A stretch of DNA of 33,043 nt from a virus (taxonomy: Duplodnaviria > Caudoviricetes), in IMG/VR virus record IMGVR_UViG_3300017778_007065, positions 1-33,043 of that record. One strand, given 5' to 3'. The notes beneath the pieces were generated by a model. The model was not told where the DNA came from. It saw only the letters and a list, made by a program, of their open reading frames with translations, and did no database searches. Position 1 is the stretch's first letter; the number at the start of each line of letters is the position of its first letter. The translations under genes were made by a program, and so were the position numbers. Positions 26,236-33,043 of this stretch are shown here, piece by piece.

Positions 26236-27443
26236 CGACTTACAAATACTTTTTTAGATTTATACAAGTCTCCTTTTAATCTCTTATCGATCTTACTGGT
26301 TGTAATTCTAAGCTTAATAGCGGCTGTTGATATGCCTGTGTAGGGGGTTCCTGCCGGTAGGGCTATAAAAGTTTCAAATTTAGATGCTAGGTTATCGATT
26401 TGATTAAGAAGTTTTTGAAAATCATCTAAAAATTCTTTACCAAGTATGACTGGTTCGGTAGGGTACTTTTCATTATCTAAACCTAGGAAAATCTCACTGC
26501 CGTTTACAAAAAAGGTCTCGTTCGCCTCAACTGATACTTTTGTAGAGCTTAGGTTTATAGAGTTTCTAGCACTTGCTATTAGGCTTTCGTTCTTTGCATT
26601 TAGAACTATTCTATCGGAACTTAAAACTAGTTGTGGTTGAGAGAATGAGTTAATTCCTTCAACTTTAAGCTTTTGTAATCCGGTACCTACAACCGGTAGG
26701 GAGTAGGACAGTACTTGGTTGCTTGATAAAACTAGGGTAGTTTGATCGTTATCAATGCTTTCAGAAACCGGTAGCCATCCCGCTTGATCGAGACTAGGGT
26801 TATGGCCATTTGATAGTACGGTGATGGGACCTGGTTTACCCTTCCAAAAATTACTACTGCCTTTTATAGTACTAGAAAATCTCAATGAACTACCAAATCT
26901 ACTCTCAAATATCAAATCTCCTTCATAAGGTATGAGGGGATATATTTTATTACTCTCTTTGAAAGTTACTCCTAAATCTATATTAGTACCCTCATCGCTT
27001 ACTCTCCTGATAGCTCCTCCTTTAGAGGTAGTATCATAGTCTCGCTGCTGACTTTTTGGTATATTATTATAGTTTACGTTATCTGGAATAGCGTTATGAT
27101 GTGTACTATTCCATACGTTTATAGGGGGGAAATAATAATAGCTAACGGAATTGGTATCAGATTGCAGTTCTGGGTCTGGTAGTGTTATAAGAAAAACTAG
27201 CTCATTTTTAAGAGGAAAGTTCTTATAGTTAGTAAAGAGTGGTTTAGCATAAATTACTGAGCCAGGTCCTGTTGATGTTGGATCGCTAATCTGATCCCAT
27301 CTAATATACCCTAATGCATTCCAACCTCCTAGTTCCTCTCTAGAACCATCCAATATTACTTCCCTAACCCTAACCGGTAAGAAGGGTGAATTATTATCCC
27401 CACCTTCAGTCTGTTGACTCTCTATAAGGCTAAGAAAGCTCAT
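26232..27443 (-). CDS. Baseplate hub / central spike (gp5/gpV-like), no lysozyme domain evident
   Basis: N-terminal OB-like VREVI...G.I...P.KNELV; YEGDLIFESRFGSSLRF; beta-repeat region QLVLSSDRIVLNA; EPVILG. Confidence 0.7.
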   Translation of the reverse strand: MSFLSLIESQQTEGGDNNSPFLPVRVREVILDGSREELGGWNALGYIRWDQISDPTSTGPGSVIYAKPLFTNYKNFPLKNELVFLITLPDPELQSDTNSVSYYYFPPINVWNSTHHNAIPDNVNYNNIPKSQQRDYDTTSKGGAIRRVSDEGTNIDLGVTFKESNKIYPLIPYEGDLIFESRFGSSLRFSSTIKGSSNFWKGKPGPITVLSNGHNPSLDQAGWLPVSESIDNDQTTLVLSSNQVLSYSLPVVGTGLQKLKVEGINSFSQPQLVLSSDRIVLNAKNESLIASARNSINLSSTKVSVEANETFFVNGSEIFLGLDNEKYPTEPVILGKEFLDDFQKLLNQIDNLASKFETFIALPAGTPYTGISTAAIKLRITTSKIDKRLKGDLYKSKKVFVSR

Positions 27444-27781
27444 TACTTACTATCCCCGATTGCTTTGATCTCAGAAAATAATTGTTCTCTTTCTGCTTCA
27501 GTAAGTCCAAATTCTTCTCCTGAAATTTCAGCTCTCTGCTGTGCTCTTTGTACTATGCTAGCAAGCTTAATAAGATGTTCATCATTCTTTACTCCTATCT
27601 CAAGATAGGTAGCAATCATAGGAACTACTAATGTAGCTTCTCCTATCTCTGTAACCATGGGCTTAAGCTCTTGTATCAGAGCATTTATCTGAGCTTCTTT
27701 CTTTCTAGAATTATCGTAGATCTCTTTATAGAGGTCTCCCATAGTCTTTTTTCCGAATATAGGTTGTTCAAACTGATTCAT
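27443..27781 (-). CDS. Small helical protein; candidate small terminase (gp16-like)
   Basis: Helical hairpin pattern with YLEIGVKNDEHLIKLA and an acidic C-terminal helix; late motif upstream. The function call is weak. Confidence 0.4.
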   Translation of the reverse strand: MNQFEQPIFGKKTMGDLYKEIYDNSRKKEAQINALIQELKPMVTEIGEATLVVPMIATYLEIGVKNDEHLIKLASIVQRAQQRAEISGEEFGLTEAEREQLFSEIKAIGDSK

Positions 27782-28526
27782 GGCTATTATAAATATGTTT
27801 CTCTAGAGTTATGACTCCTCTATCTAGGTAATCTCTGTAACTTAGTTGAAAAATATTATTTAATACTTTTGTTACTTTGGTTATTTGCGATGTTTTTACA
27901 TCGATTATCTCTCTAATATATAGATAGAGGGCTTTTTTATTGTAAAGCTGCAAGTTATCTCTTTTGCGGAAAAGCTCTAGAACAGCATCAGCAATTTTTG
28001 CATCTTGCTCTATAGAAAATACTTTATAGATATGTTCGGTACAAGCATCTACATACAGATCCACAAAGTAAGAGAGATTATCTCTATAAAGAGAATCAAT
28101 AGGTTGATCATCTTCATGAACTAGTTTAGGCGTAAAAGTAGGAAGAGATTCTTCTCTTAACACTACATCTCCTAAAGTAATACTTTGTTTTAGCTTTTTA
28201 TAGTTTTTATTACTATAAACGATAAGGTACCTTTTAGCTATTGTGCCGAAATAGGAGTAGGCTTTAGCTCCCCTAGAGGGGTCAAAGAGATGTAACTTAC
28301 TTAGAATGAAGGTAATAACCTCATGCTGTAGGTCTTCAAGGTTCTCTACGTCGGTGTAGTAGAACTTAAAGGTGTGAATTATGTTCTCTGTTAATTTAAG
28401 GAATGCAGGATGAATCTCATCGTTGTAGAGTTTGCTCCTGTATTCGTAATCTTCGCTTTTATTGTATTTTACAATTGCATCTTCAGTATCTTGTGTAAAA
28501 TATATTCCTGATTTAATTTTTTTCAT
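27768..28526 (-). CDS. Phage sigma factor (T4 gp55-like late sigma)
   Basis: Sigma region-2-like segment EDLQHEVITFILSKLHLFDPSRGAKAYSYFGTIAKRYL, similar to gp55 FDP..NPFAYFT.I. Confidence 0.75.
   Translation of the reverse strand: MKKIKSGIYFTQDTEDAIVKYNKSEDYEYRSKLYNDEIHPAFLKLTENIIHTFKFYYTDVENLEDLQHEVITFILSKLHLFDPSRGAKAYSYFGTIAKRYLIVYSNKNYKKLKQSITLGDVVLREESLPTFTPKLVHEDDQPIDSLYRDNLSYFVDLYVDACTEHIYKVFSIEQDAKIADAVLELFRKRDNLQLYNKKALYLYIREIIDVKTSQITKVTKVLNNIFQLSYRDYLDRGVITLEKHIYNSHESV
27788..27795 (-). promoter_or_regulatory. Putative late promoter TATTTATA heading the baseplate operon
   Basis: 6 nt upstream of ATG 27781, inside the sigma gene 3' end. Confidence 0.6.
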
Positions 28527-28800
28527 CTTTAGTTATACCGCCGTACTGGTCCAGGGCCTCTTGAAGCTCCTTAAGGTTCGTAAAGAACCAGCCGATCTCA
28601 TCATCTCCTTGAAAGGTACCTTTCTCGTCAACTTCTTTTAATCTTATATTACTATATTCAATTGCTTCCACAATAACCTTTATGTATTCATCTTGGGTTT
28701 TAATGATATCTTCCTGCTTTTCTACTTTTCTTAATAGATTATAGGCGATATATCCCAGAGTACCAACTATTAGTGTTAAAATAATGAGAATAATAAACAT
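28513..28800 (-). CDS. Small membrane-anchored coiled-coil protein
   Basis: N-terminal TM; D.KG.F..DDE.GWFF motif. Confidence 0.75.
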   Translation of the reverse strand: MFIILIILTLIVGTLGYIAYNLLRKVEKQEDIIKTQDEYIKVIVEAIEYSNIRLKEVDEKGTFQGDDEIGWFFTNLKELQEALDQYGGITKDEKN

Positions 28801-28801
28801 T

Positions 28802-29551
28802 TTATAGATTTTTTATTAAATTAGATAAACCTTCTGAGCTTGTAAGGGATTGAGTAGCTTTTTGTCGAATAGTCTTATTTTCCTTAACTTTGGGTGAAGG
28901 ATCACTTATTCTCTTCCAATTATCATATTCTGCTTTAGAAGCAAGGAAATCTGCTTGATGTAGTATATGAACGATGTTATGCCGTAGTTTTGCTTCAGGC
29001 ATATGAGTGATAAAGTAAGCTTTATTAGCATCATCGTAAATACCATCGTGCAGTCTAATGCCAAGATACTCATTCATAGAGCAAGAAATGCCATACTTCT
29101 GAAGGATATACAGAGATCTATCTTGAATAAGCATAAACTGTAGATCGGTATTATAGGTATAGTTCTCCTTTAACTTATCACGTCTCCAATTATCAGTCTG
29201 AACTACATAGCCTTCTTTCTCTCCATCACCTAGCTTTCCAAGGTCGTGATTAAGAGCTGAAAATATTAGCTCCTCATCGGTAAAATCTATTTCTGCATTA
29301 AATGCTTCCCATAGTTTCTTAGTTTGAATAGCACAAGAAATTACTTTTAGTACATGATCCACATATCCTCCCGGGAAGGCATTGTGAAAATGAGCTTTCG
29401 ATGATGCGGGAGAGGTAATTATAGTCTCTTCCATATCGTTATAAAGCTTAAGTAGCTGCTCTTTTCTAGGGGAGGAGATATAGTGATTTATAACTTGAAG
29501 GAGTTTTTCCCAATTAGCTTGAATTTGTTCAGCTGATAAAACCTGTTGCAT
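28802..29551 (-). CDS. HD-domain phosphohydrolase (YhaM/CBF1-like)
   Basis: PASS..HFHNAFPGGYVDH, NHDLGK, RLHDG and LHQAD. Confidence 0.9.
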   Translation of the reverse strand: MQQVLSAEQIQANWEKLLQVINHYISSPRKEQLLKLYNDMEETIITSPASSKAHFHNAFPGGYVDHVLKVISCAIQTKKLWEAFNAEIDFTDEELIFSALNHDLGKLGDGEKEGYVVQTDNWRRDKLKENYTYNTDLQFMLIQDRSLYILQKYGISCSMNEYLGIRLHDGIYDDANKAYFITHMPEAKLRHNIVHILHQADFLASKAEYDNWKRISDPSPKVKENKTIRQKATQSLTSSEGLSNLIKNL

Positions 29552-29557
29552 AAAAAA

Positions 29558-29731
29558 TTAGTCTTGTGATTCGGTATGCATTAGGGTTTGAATTTGATGC
29601 AATTGCTCTCGGATCTTATCATAAACCTCATATGCTTCATTTCTTTCCATTCTAGCGGTATGCAATTCAGCAGACCGTACTAATGACCTTACTCTATCTA
29701 ATTTCTTTTCTATTAATAATTTAGTTCTCAT
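29558..29731 (-). CDS. 57-aa helical hypothetical protein
   Basis: Not in ORF track. MRTKLLIEKKLDRVRSLVRSAELHTARMERNEAYEVYDKIREQLHQIQTLMHTESQD; downstream of promoter 29803..29833 and ends 6 nt before the HD gene. Confidence 0.7.
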   Translation of the reverse strand: MRTKLLIEKKLDRVRSLVRSAELHTARMERNEAYEVYDKIREQLHQIQTLMHTESQD

Positions 29732-29802
29732 AATAATTTTATTTTATTTAGTTATATATATTTAAATATTAACTTTCTCCCTTATCTCTTCTCCCTTCGT
29801 TT

Positions 29803-29833
29803 TTAATATACGAACTATTCCCATAGGAAACAA
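29803..29833 (-). promoter_or_regulatory. Bacteroidota-type promoter (TTG-N20-TATATTAA)
   Basis: Consensus spacing; heads the 57-aa/HD/TM/sigma operon. Confidence 0.7.
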
Positions 29834-29887
29834 CTAGAAAAGGAGAACAACGCATGCCGCGAAAAATTTAGTAAACCTCCCTACGTT

Positions 29888-29920
29888 CTTTCTAGGTTTC
29901 TTCTAGGGTCTTTCTAGTTT
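29888..29920. repeat. Three imperfect ~11-bp tandem repeats (core TTCTAG)
   Basis: ctttctaggtttcttctagggtctttctagttt in an intergenic region. Confidence 0.5.
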
Positions 29921-29948
29921 CTCTTTACCCTTTATAAAAAAAAAGAGG

Positions 29949-30575
29949 TTAGTAATAGATAGGTTCACCGGTCTTGAAGTCTTCAGCAAGATGGAGTATT
30001 GTATCAACGGCGTATTGTTTATCTATCTGGAAATACTCTCTATGGGATCCTTGATTGGAGTTGCGTCTATAGACAGATAGGGCTTTATGTACTAGGTTTT
30101 CTACCATATAGTCATTTTCAACTGGTAGGGACCAGTATAGGGTCCATTCCGACACTACTCCTGCGGAATTAATCTGGCGCAGTCTCTGTTGCGGGTTTAC
30201 GGCTTTGCCTATTTTAATGAAGTCATACCCCGGGTTAGTAAGTACATATACATACTGTCCTTTGGAATGGTATTGGTTTAGCTTTTCAAGATCTTTCGTT
30301 GATTTCGCAAAGAGGTGTTTCCACTCCATGGTAACGTGAGGTTCTTGGGGTTCTATATTAACCGTTATTTGATAATCACAATTAAGTAAATTTGAGACTC
30401 TATAGGCTTTATATTGGCGGAACTTAAAGAGCATGGCTTTATAGTTATCCACCCATTCACGAGCCCGGGTATGGTATTGGGTATCGTTGTAGTTATCTAC
30501 AAAGTCGTATATTGTAATGAGACCTTCTGTTTCTAGGTCAAGAGCCTGATCAAGGGTGAGTTTATTTAGTGACAT
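29949..30575 (-). CDS. T5orf172/MUG113-type GIY-YIG domain protein
   Basis: YVYVLTN...IKIGKA..P.QRLRQIN, ENLVHKAL and REYF. Confidence 0.85.
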   Translation of the reverse strand: MSLNKLTLDQALDLETEGLITIYDFVDNYNDTQYHTRAREWVDNYKAMLFKFRQYKAYRVSNLLNCDYQITVNIEPQEPHVTMEWKHLFAKSTKDLEKLNQYHSKGQYVYVLTNPGYDFIKIGKAVNPQQRLRQINSAGVVSEWTLYWSLPVENDYMVENLVHKALSVYRRNSNQGSHREYFQIDKQYAVDTILHLAEDFKTGEPIYY

Positions 30576-30595
30576 GCAACCATTTTATATTCACC

Positions 30596-30626
30596 TTAAG
30601 ATAGTAAGTTTATTTTTAAAAAGCAA
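30596..30626 (-). promoter_or_regulatory. Bacteroidota-type promoter (TTG-N20-TATCTTAA)
   Basis: Consensus spacing, upstream of 30575. Confidence 0.7.
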
Positions 30627-31017
30627 CTATCTCGTCAAGAAGTCTCTTTATTTTAGCACATCGTGTGTACTCTTCTTGAATTTCATACTCCTTAATAAGC
30701 AGGATGAGTGTTTCAACTATCTCACCTAGATCGTGTTTGGTACATTCAAGGAGGTGGAGGGGTAGGGAGGGATCGATATTCTGAAGAAAACCATACAGCC
30801 TATCGTAGTATAGTAGTTTTACTTTTCTATGAATCTTTTTAAATTGATCGGGATATAGCTCTTGGTAGTTCTTTGCTATAGTTTCAAAGGTCGAAACCCC
30901 GGCTATTATAAGCCCCATAAGTACATAGGGATGGGAGAAAGGATCTAGAGTATCTTCCTCTTTCTCATATCCACTCTCAAAAATTGAGAATACGGTATCG
31001 GCATCTAATCTCTTCAC
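30616..31017 (-). CDS. Hypothetical protein with C-terminal UvrB/C-like motif
   Basis: GTG start; EEYTRCAKIKRLLDEI; TATTTATA at 31021..31028 just upstream. Confidence 0.65.
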   Translation of the reverse strand: MKRLDADTVFSIFESGYEKEEDTLDPFSHPYVLMGLIIAGVSTFETIAKNYQELYPDQFKKIHRKVKLLYYDRLYGFLQNIDPSLPLHLLECTKHDLGEIVETLILLIKEYEIQEEYTRCAKIKRLLDEIVAF

Positions 31018-31107
31018 CTTTATAAATAGTAAGATAAGTCTACCTTAATATATATACATATACTCAATTATAATATAAAAATTTTCCTAAAAAAATTCTT
31101 TAGGTAT

Positions 31108-31138
31108 TTGTATATTCCTATACTATTTCTTATTTTAA
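31108..31138 (+). promoter_or_regulatory. Bacteroidota-type promoter (TTG-N20-TATTTTAA)
   Basis: Consensus spacing; ends 4 nt before ATG 31143. Confidence 0.6.
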
Positions 31139-31142
31139 GACT

Positions 31143-31373
31143 ATGGAAAACTTTATCACCCCAATGACTGGCTTTATGCTAGTATTTTTATCTATACTTT
31201 GTTTAACTGCTTACATAAGAATTAGAAGTATAACCAAGGAACTAGTACAAGTCCGTAACACATTGAGTTCTATGTCGGGAATACTCTACTCTTTGACTTT
31301 AGCTTTAGATGAGCATAAGAAAGACGTTGACAATCAACTAATTAAAAAAGATAAGCAGATTCTAAAAGGATGA
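31143..31373 (+). CDS. Small membrane protein (N-terminal TM + coiled coil)
   Basis: TM GFMLVFLSILCLTAYI; ATGA overlap with the WYL gene. Confidence 0.7.
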   Translation: MENFITPMTGFMLVFLSILCLTAYIRIRSITKELVQVRNTLSSMSGILYSLTLALDEHKKDVDNQLIKKDKQILKG

Positions 31374-31672
31374 ACCTATCGGATATCATATGCACCACCA
31401 TAGCCAAAAGGACTCTCCTGGAGTTTGACTACGACGGTTATCGTAGAAGGGCGGAACCCTACACACTAGGGTATCATAAGGATACCGGAAATCTCGTTCT
31501 CTCTGCCTTTCAAACCTTTGGATTCTCCCGGGGTAATCATATTCCCAAATGGAGATTGTTTCTTGTAACCAATATGACCAATACAAAAGAGTTGGAGGCT
31601 CCTCCCTTTACCCTAAGATTTGGCTTTAATCCTAGAGATAAAAGATTGATGAGGATTATATGTACTATATAA
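31370..31672 (+). CDS. Stand-alone WYL domain protein
   Basis: LEFDY...RRAEPYTLG...LSAFQ...WRLFLVTNM; no HTH or WCX domain. Confidence 0.85.
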   Translation: MNLSDIICTTIAKRTLLEFDYDGYRRRAEPYTLGYHKDTGNLVLSAFQTFGFSRGNHIPKWRLFLVTNMTNTKELEAPPFTLRFGFNPRDKRLMRIICTI

Positions 31673-31779
31673 GTATATAAAGAGTATAGGTAGAAAAATT
31701 ATAAGGGATGTATTTGCCAACCTAACCGAAGGCTACGGCTGACCACACTCTTAGTTAAATTAACTAGCACCTTTAGAGA

Positions 31780-31812
31780 AGAGTGATCTCAGAGTGACCT
31801 AAGAGTGAGCTC
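31780..31812. repeat. Three 11-bp tandem repeats (AGAGTGA core)
   Basis: agagtgatctc / agagtgaccta / agagtgagctc. Confidence 0.75.
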
Positions 31813-31822
31813 ATAGTAAGGG

Positions 31823-31852
31823 AAAAAAAAAGAGGCCCGAAGGCCCCTCTCT
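31823..31852 (-). terminator. Rho-independent terminator with cUUCGg loop
   Basis: Minus strand GAGAGGGGCC-TTCG-GGCCTC-T9 directly after the stop at 31853. Confidence 0.92.
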
Positions 31853-32128
31853 CTAATCTTTCCACATCATCATGGTTCCGGGATCATACCACTCAAAGTA
31901 CCAGCCGTTATCTTCTGCTATCTTATTTAGTTTAGGTTCTACTCCGAAAGTATCATTCCAGTACTCTCTATAGTAGTCAAATAGTTCTGGAGTAGATTCT
32001 CCTGAGATCCATATTCCATTCTCTCCGCTATTCTCATCCCTACCTCCGTAAAAGTCTTCGGTAGTTCCACACACATGAACTCCCTCATTAGTAAGTAGAG
32101 TCATCATTTTATCTATTCCAGTTTGCAT
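31853..32128 (-). CDS. Small acidic early protein
   Basis: Own promoter and AAAGGTTATG start; GIWISGE...GWYFEWYDPGT. Confidence 0.8.
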   Translation of the reverse strand: MQTGIDKMMTLLTNEGVHVCGTTEDFYGGRDENSGENGIWISGESTPELFDYYREYWNDTFGVEPKLNKIAEDNGWYFEWYDPGTMMMWKD

Positions 32129-32152
32129 AACCTTTTTGGTTTTAATTAGACT

Positions 32153-32183
32153 TAAAGATAGTAACTATTACTTTACAAACCAA
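32153..32183 (-). promoter_or_regulatory. Early promoter TTG-N20-TATCTTTA (cassette repeat)
   Basis: Followed by AGTCTAATTAAAA..AAAGGTTATG, near-identical to 32406..32446. Confidence 0.8.
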
Positions 32184-32195
32184 CTTTTATTTTAT

Positions 32196-32408
32196 TCAAG
32201 GCAAGGTACTACCATCAAACCCCCACTCCTTCTGGAATTCAATTAAATTCTTCTCCAACTTAATCTTAATAAATTTCTTTATTTCATCTCCAGAAAAAAA
32301 GTCCCCTCTATTAATTTCCAAACATATACCCTTCACAGCACTCTCAAATGCTTTATCCCAATACAGGTTGTAAGCGTCTTGAATTTCTTCGAATCTTTCT
32401 TTAGTCAT
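32196..32408 (-). CDS. Small early hypothetical protein
   Basis: Own promoter and AAAGGTTATG start. Confidence 0.75.
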   Translation of the reverse strand: MTKERFEEIQDAYNLYWDKAFESAVKGICLEINRGDFFSGDEIKKFIKIKLEKNLIEFQKEWGFDGSTLP

Positions 32409-32431
32409 AACCTTTTGTTTTTAATTAGACT

Positions 32432-32462
32432 TAAAGATAGGAACTATATTCTAATCTTCCAA
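32432..32462 (-). promoter_or_regulatory. Early promoter TTG-N20-TATCTTTA (cassette repeat)
   Basis: Same architecture as 32153..32183. Confidence 0.8.
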
Positions 32463-32618
32463 CTCCTCAACTAAATTCATATTCTCTTTTAAGAGTTGAA
32501 TCAAACGAATCCTATATCGTTCATCCCTTTCATTTCCAGCTTCACATTCAATATTCTCAAAACAATCTAAAAGATCGTTATACGTATTCTCGAATCGACA
32601 GTAACTCATATTTGCCAT
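32451..32618 (-). CDS. 55-aa early protein with MSYCRFENT motif
   Basis: Not in ORF track. MANMSYCRFENTYNDLLDCFENIECEAGNERDERYRIRLIQLLKENMNLVEELED; AAAGGTTATG start. Confidence 0.8.
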   Translation of the reverse strand: MANMSYCRFENTYNDLLDCFENIECEAGNERDERYRIRLIQLLKENMNLVEELED

Positions 32619-32623
32619 AACCT

Positions 32624-32770
32624 TTATTTTTTATTTACTTCGTAATTATTGACTGTATCAATTACTATTTTACAAATGGTATCAAGCACTTTATCATCAT
32701 GTCCATCTAAGTAAGTAATTAGGTTAAACTATAAAGTTTCTTTTAACTCTCTTGTTGTTTTAATTTCCAT
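32624..32770 (-). pseudogene. 48-codon early gene with an in-frame TAG at codon 14
   Basis: MEIKTTRELKETL*FNLITYLDGHDDKVLDTICKIVIDTVNNYEVNKK; promoter and AAAGGTTATG intact; TAG at 32729..32731. Confidence 0.65.
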
Positions 32771-32795
32771 AACCTTTGTTCGTTTTAATTATACC

Positions 32796-32826
32796 TAAAG
32801 ATAAGAAAGAGGGTCAGTATAACCAA
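32796..32826 (-). promoter_or_regulatory. Early promoter TTG-N20-TATCTTTA
   Basis: Consensus match; overlaps a hairpin. Confidence 0.8.
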
Positions 32827-32832
32827 CCCCCT
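32808..32832 (-). terminator. Hairpin/terminator overlapping the next promoter
   Basis: AGGGGGTTGGT-TAT-ACTGACCCTCT followed by TTCTT. Confidence 0.6.
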
Positions 32833-32844
32833 AACTAACTTTCT

Positions 32845-33043
32845 TTAAACCAATTCCATTACTTCTGTTAATCCCATCTCCTCTAAGTCGTCCCGGGTTT
32901 CGATATCTTCACCAAACACCAATTCAATATCAGCATCTTCTAGTATCAAACAGATATCTTCTCCCATAACACGACCCATCAATTGGATTTCTTTTGGAGT
33001 AAGCTGCTCAGTAAATACTTCTTCTACTTCACCTGTTTCATAA
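32845..33043 (-). CDS. 3' end of an acidic hypothetical protein (starts beyond the window)
   Basis: Open frame ...YETGEVEEVFTEQLTPKEIQLMGRVMGEDICLILEDADIELVFGEDIETRDDLEEMGLTEVMELV*. Confidence 0.65.
   Translation of the reverse strand, partial: YETGEVEEVFTEQLTPKEIQLMGRVMGEDICLILEDADIELVFGEDIETRDDLEEMGLTEVMELV

Noticed and set aside
1003-27608. Plus-strand ORFs in the track (e.g. 1003..1317, 6658..7071, 7641..8057, 9209..9583, 17800..18054, 25022..25303)
   Set aside because: Antisense shadows of well-supported minus-strand genes; Ser/Phe/Ile-rich composition with no motifs or promoters.
9599-31028. Plus-strand TATAAATA as true T4 late promoters
   Set aside because: They would drive antisense transcription; their positions fit minus-strand start codons instead.
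31386-31586. Minus-strand 66-aa ORF
   Set aside because: Antisense to the WYL gene and downstream of a strong minus-strand terminator.
31780-31812. Mini CRISPR array or tRNA in the intergenic region
   Set aside because: Repeats are 11 bp with no spacers; no cloverleaf or T-loop motif seen. No tRNA or rRNA was recognised anywhere by eye.
1-33043. Genome-wide TAG reassignment (code 15)
   Set aside because: Long genes are uninterrupted in code 11, and several (gp6, primase, 9611, 31853) end naturally at TAG.

Overview
33-kb segment of a large, AT-rich, T4-superfamily-like contractile-tailed phage. A Bacteroidota host is inferred from promoter architecture, the lack of Shine-Dalgarno motifs and a Gln following a signal peptide. 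Almost all genes are on the minus strand. In transcription order (right to left): a cassette array of small early genes, each with its own TTG-N20-TATnTT promoter; a plus-strand TM+WYL gene pair; a T5orf172 protein; an HD hydrolase; a gp55-like sigma factor; a baseplate/tail module (gp5-like, gp25, gp6, gp7/P2-I-like, DUF3751-like); a GIY-YIG protein; a minimal kinase; primase; PD-(D/E)xK exonuclease; HEXXH peptidase; HAD nucleotidase; a ~8-kb cluster of small modular proteins; a metallophosphoesterase; a spanin-like pair; and the 5' end of the large terminase. The most striking signal is about 12 unrelated proteins sharing an amphipathic MK-L-x-x-(L/I)-(L/I)-x-E leader or linker that resembles T4 capsid-targeting and prohead-protease sites. 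This suggests a head-packaged cargo system carrying kinase, ParB-like, Cys-cluster and basic DNA-binding modules. Other notable items: a codon-exact 42-bp segment shared by two adjacent genes, a putative late promoter TATTTAT(A) that is the reverse complement of the T4 late promoter, and several small genes missed by the ORF track. All family calls are from motif recognition; no searches were run.
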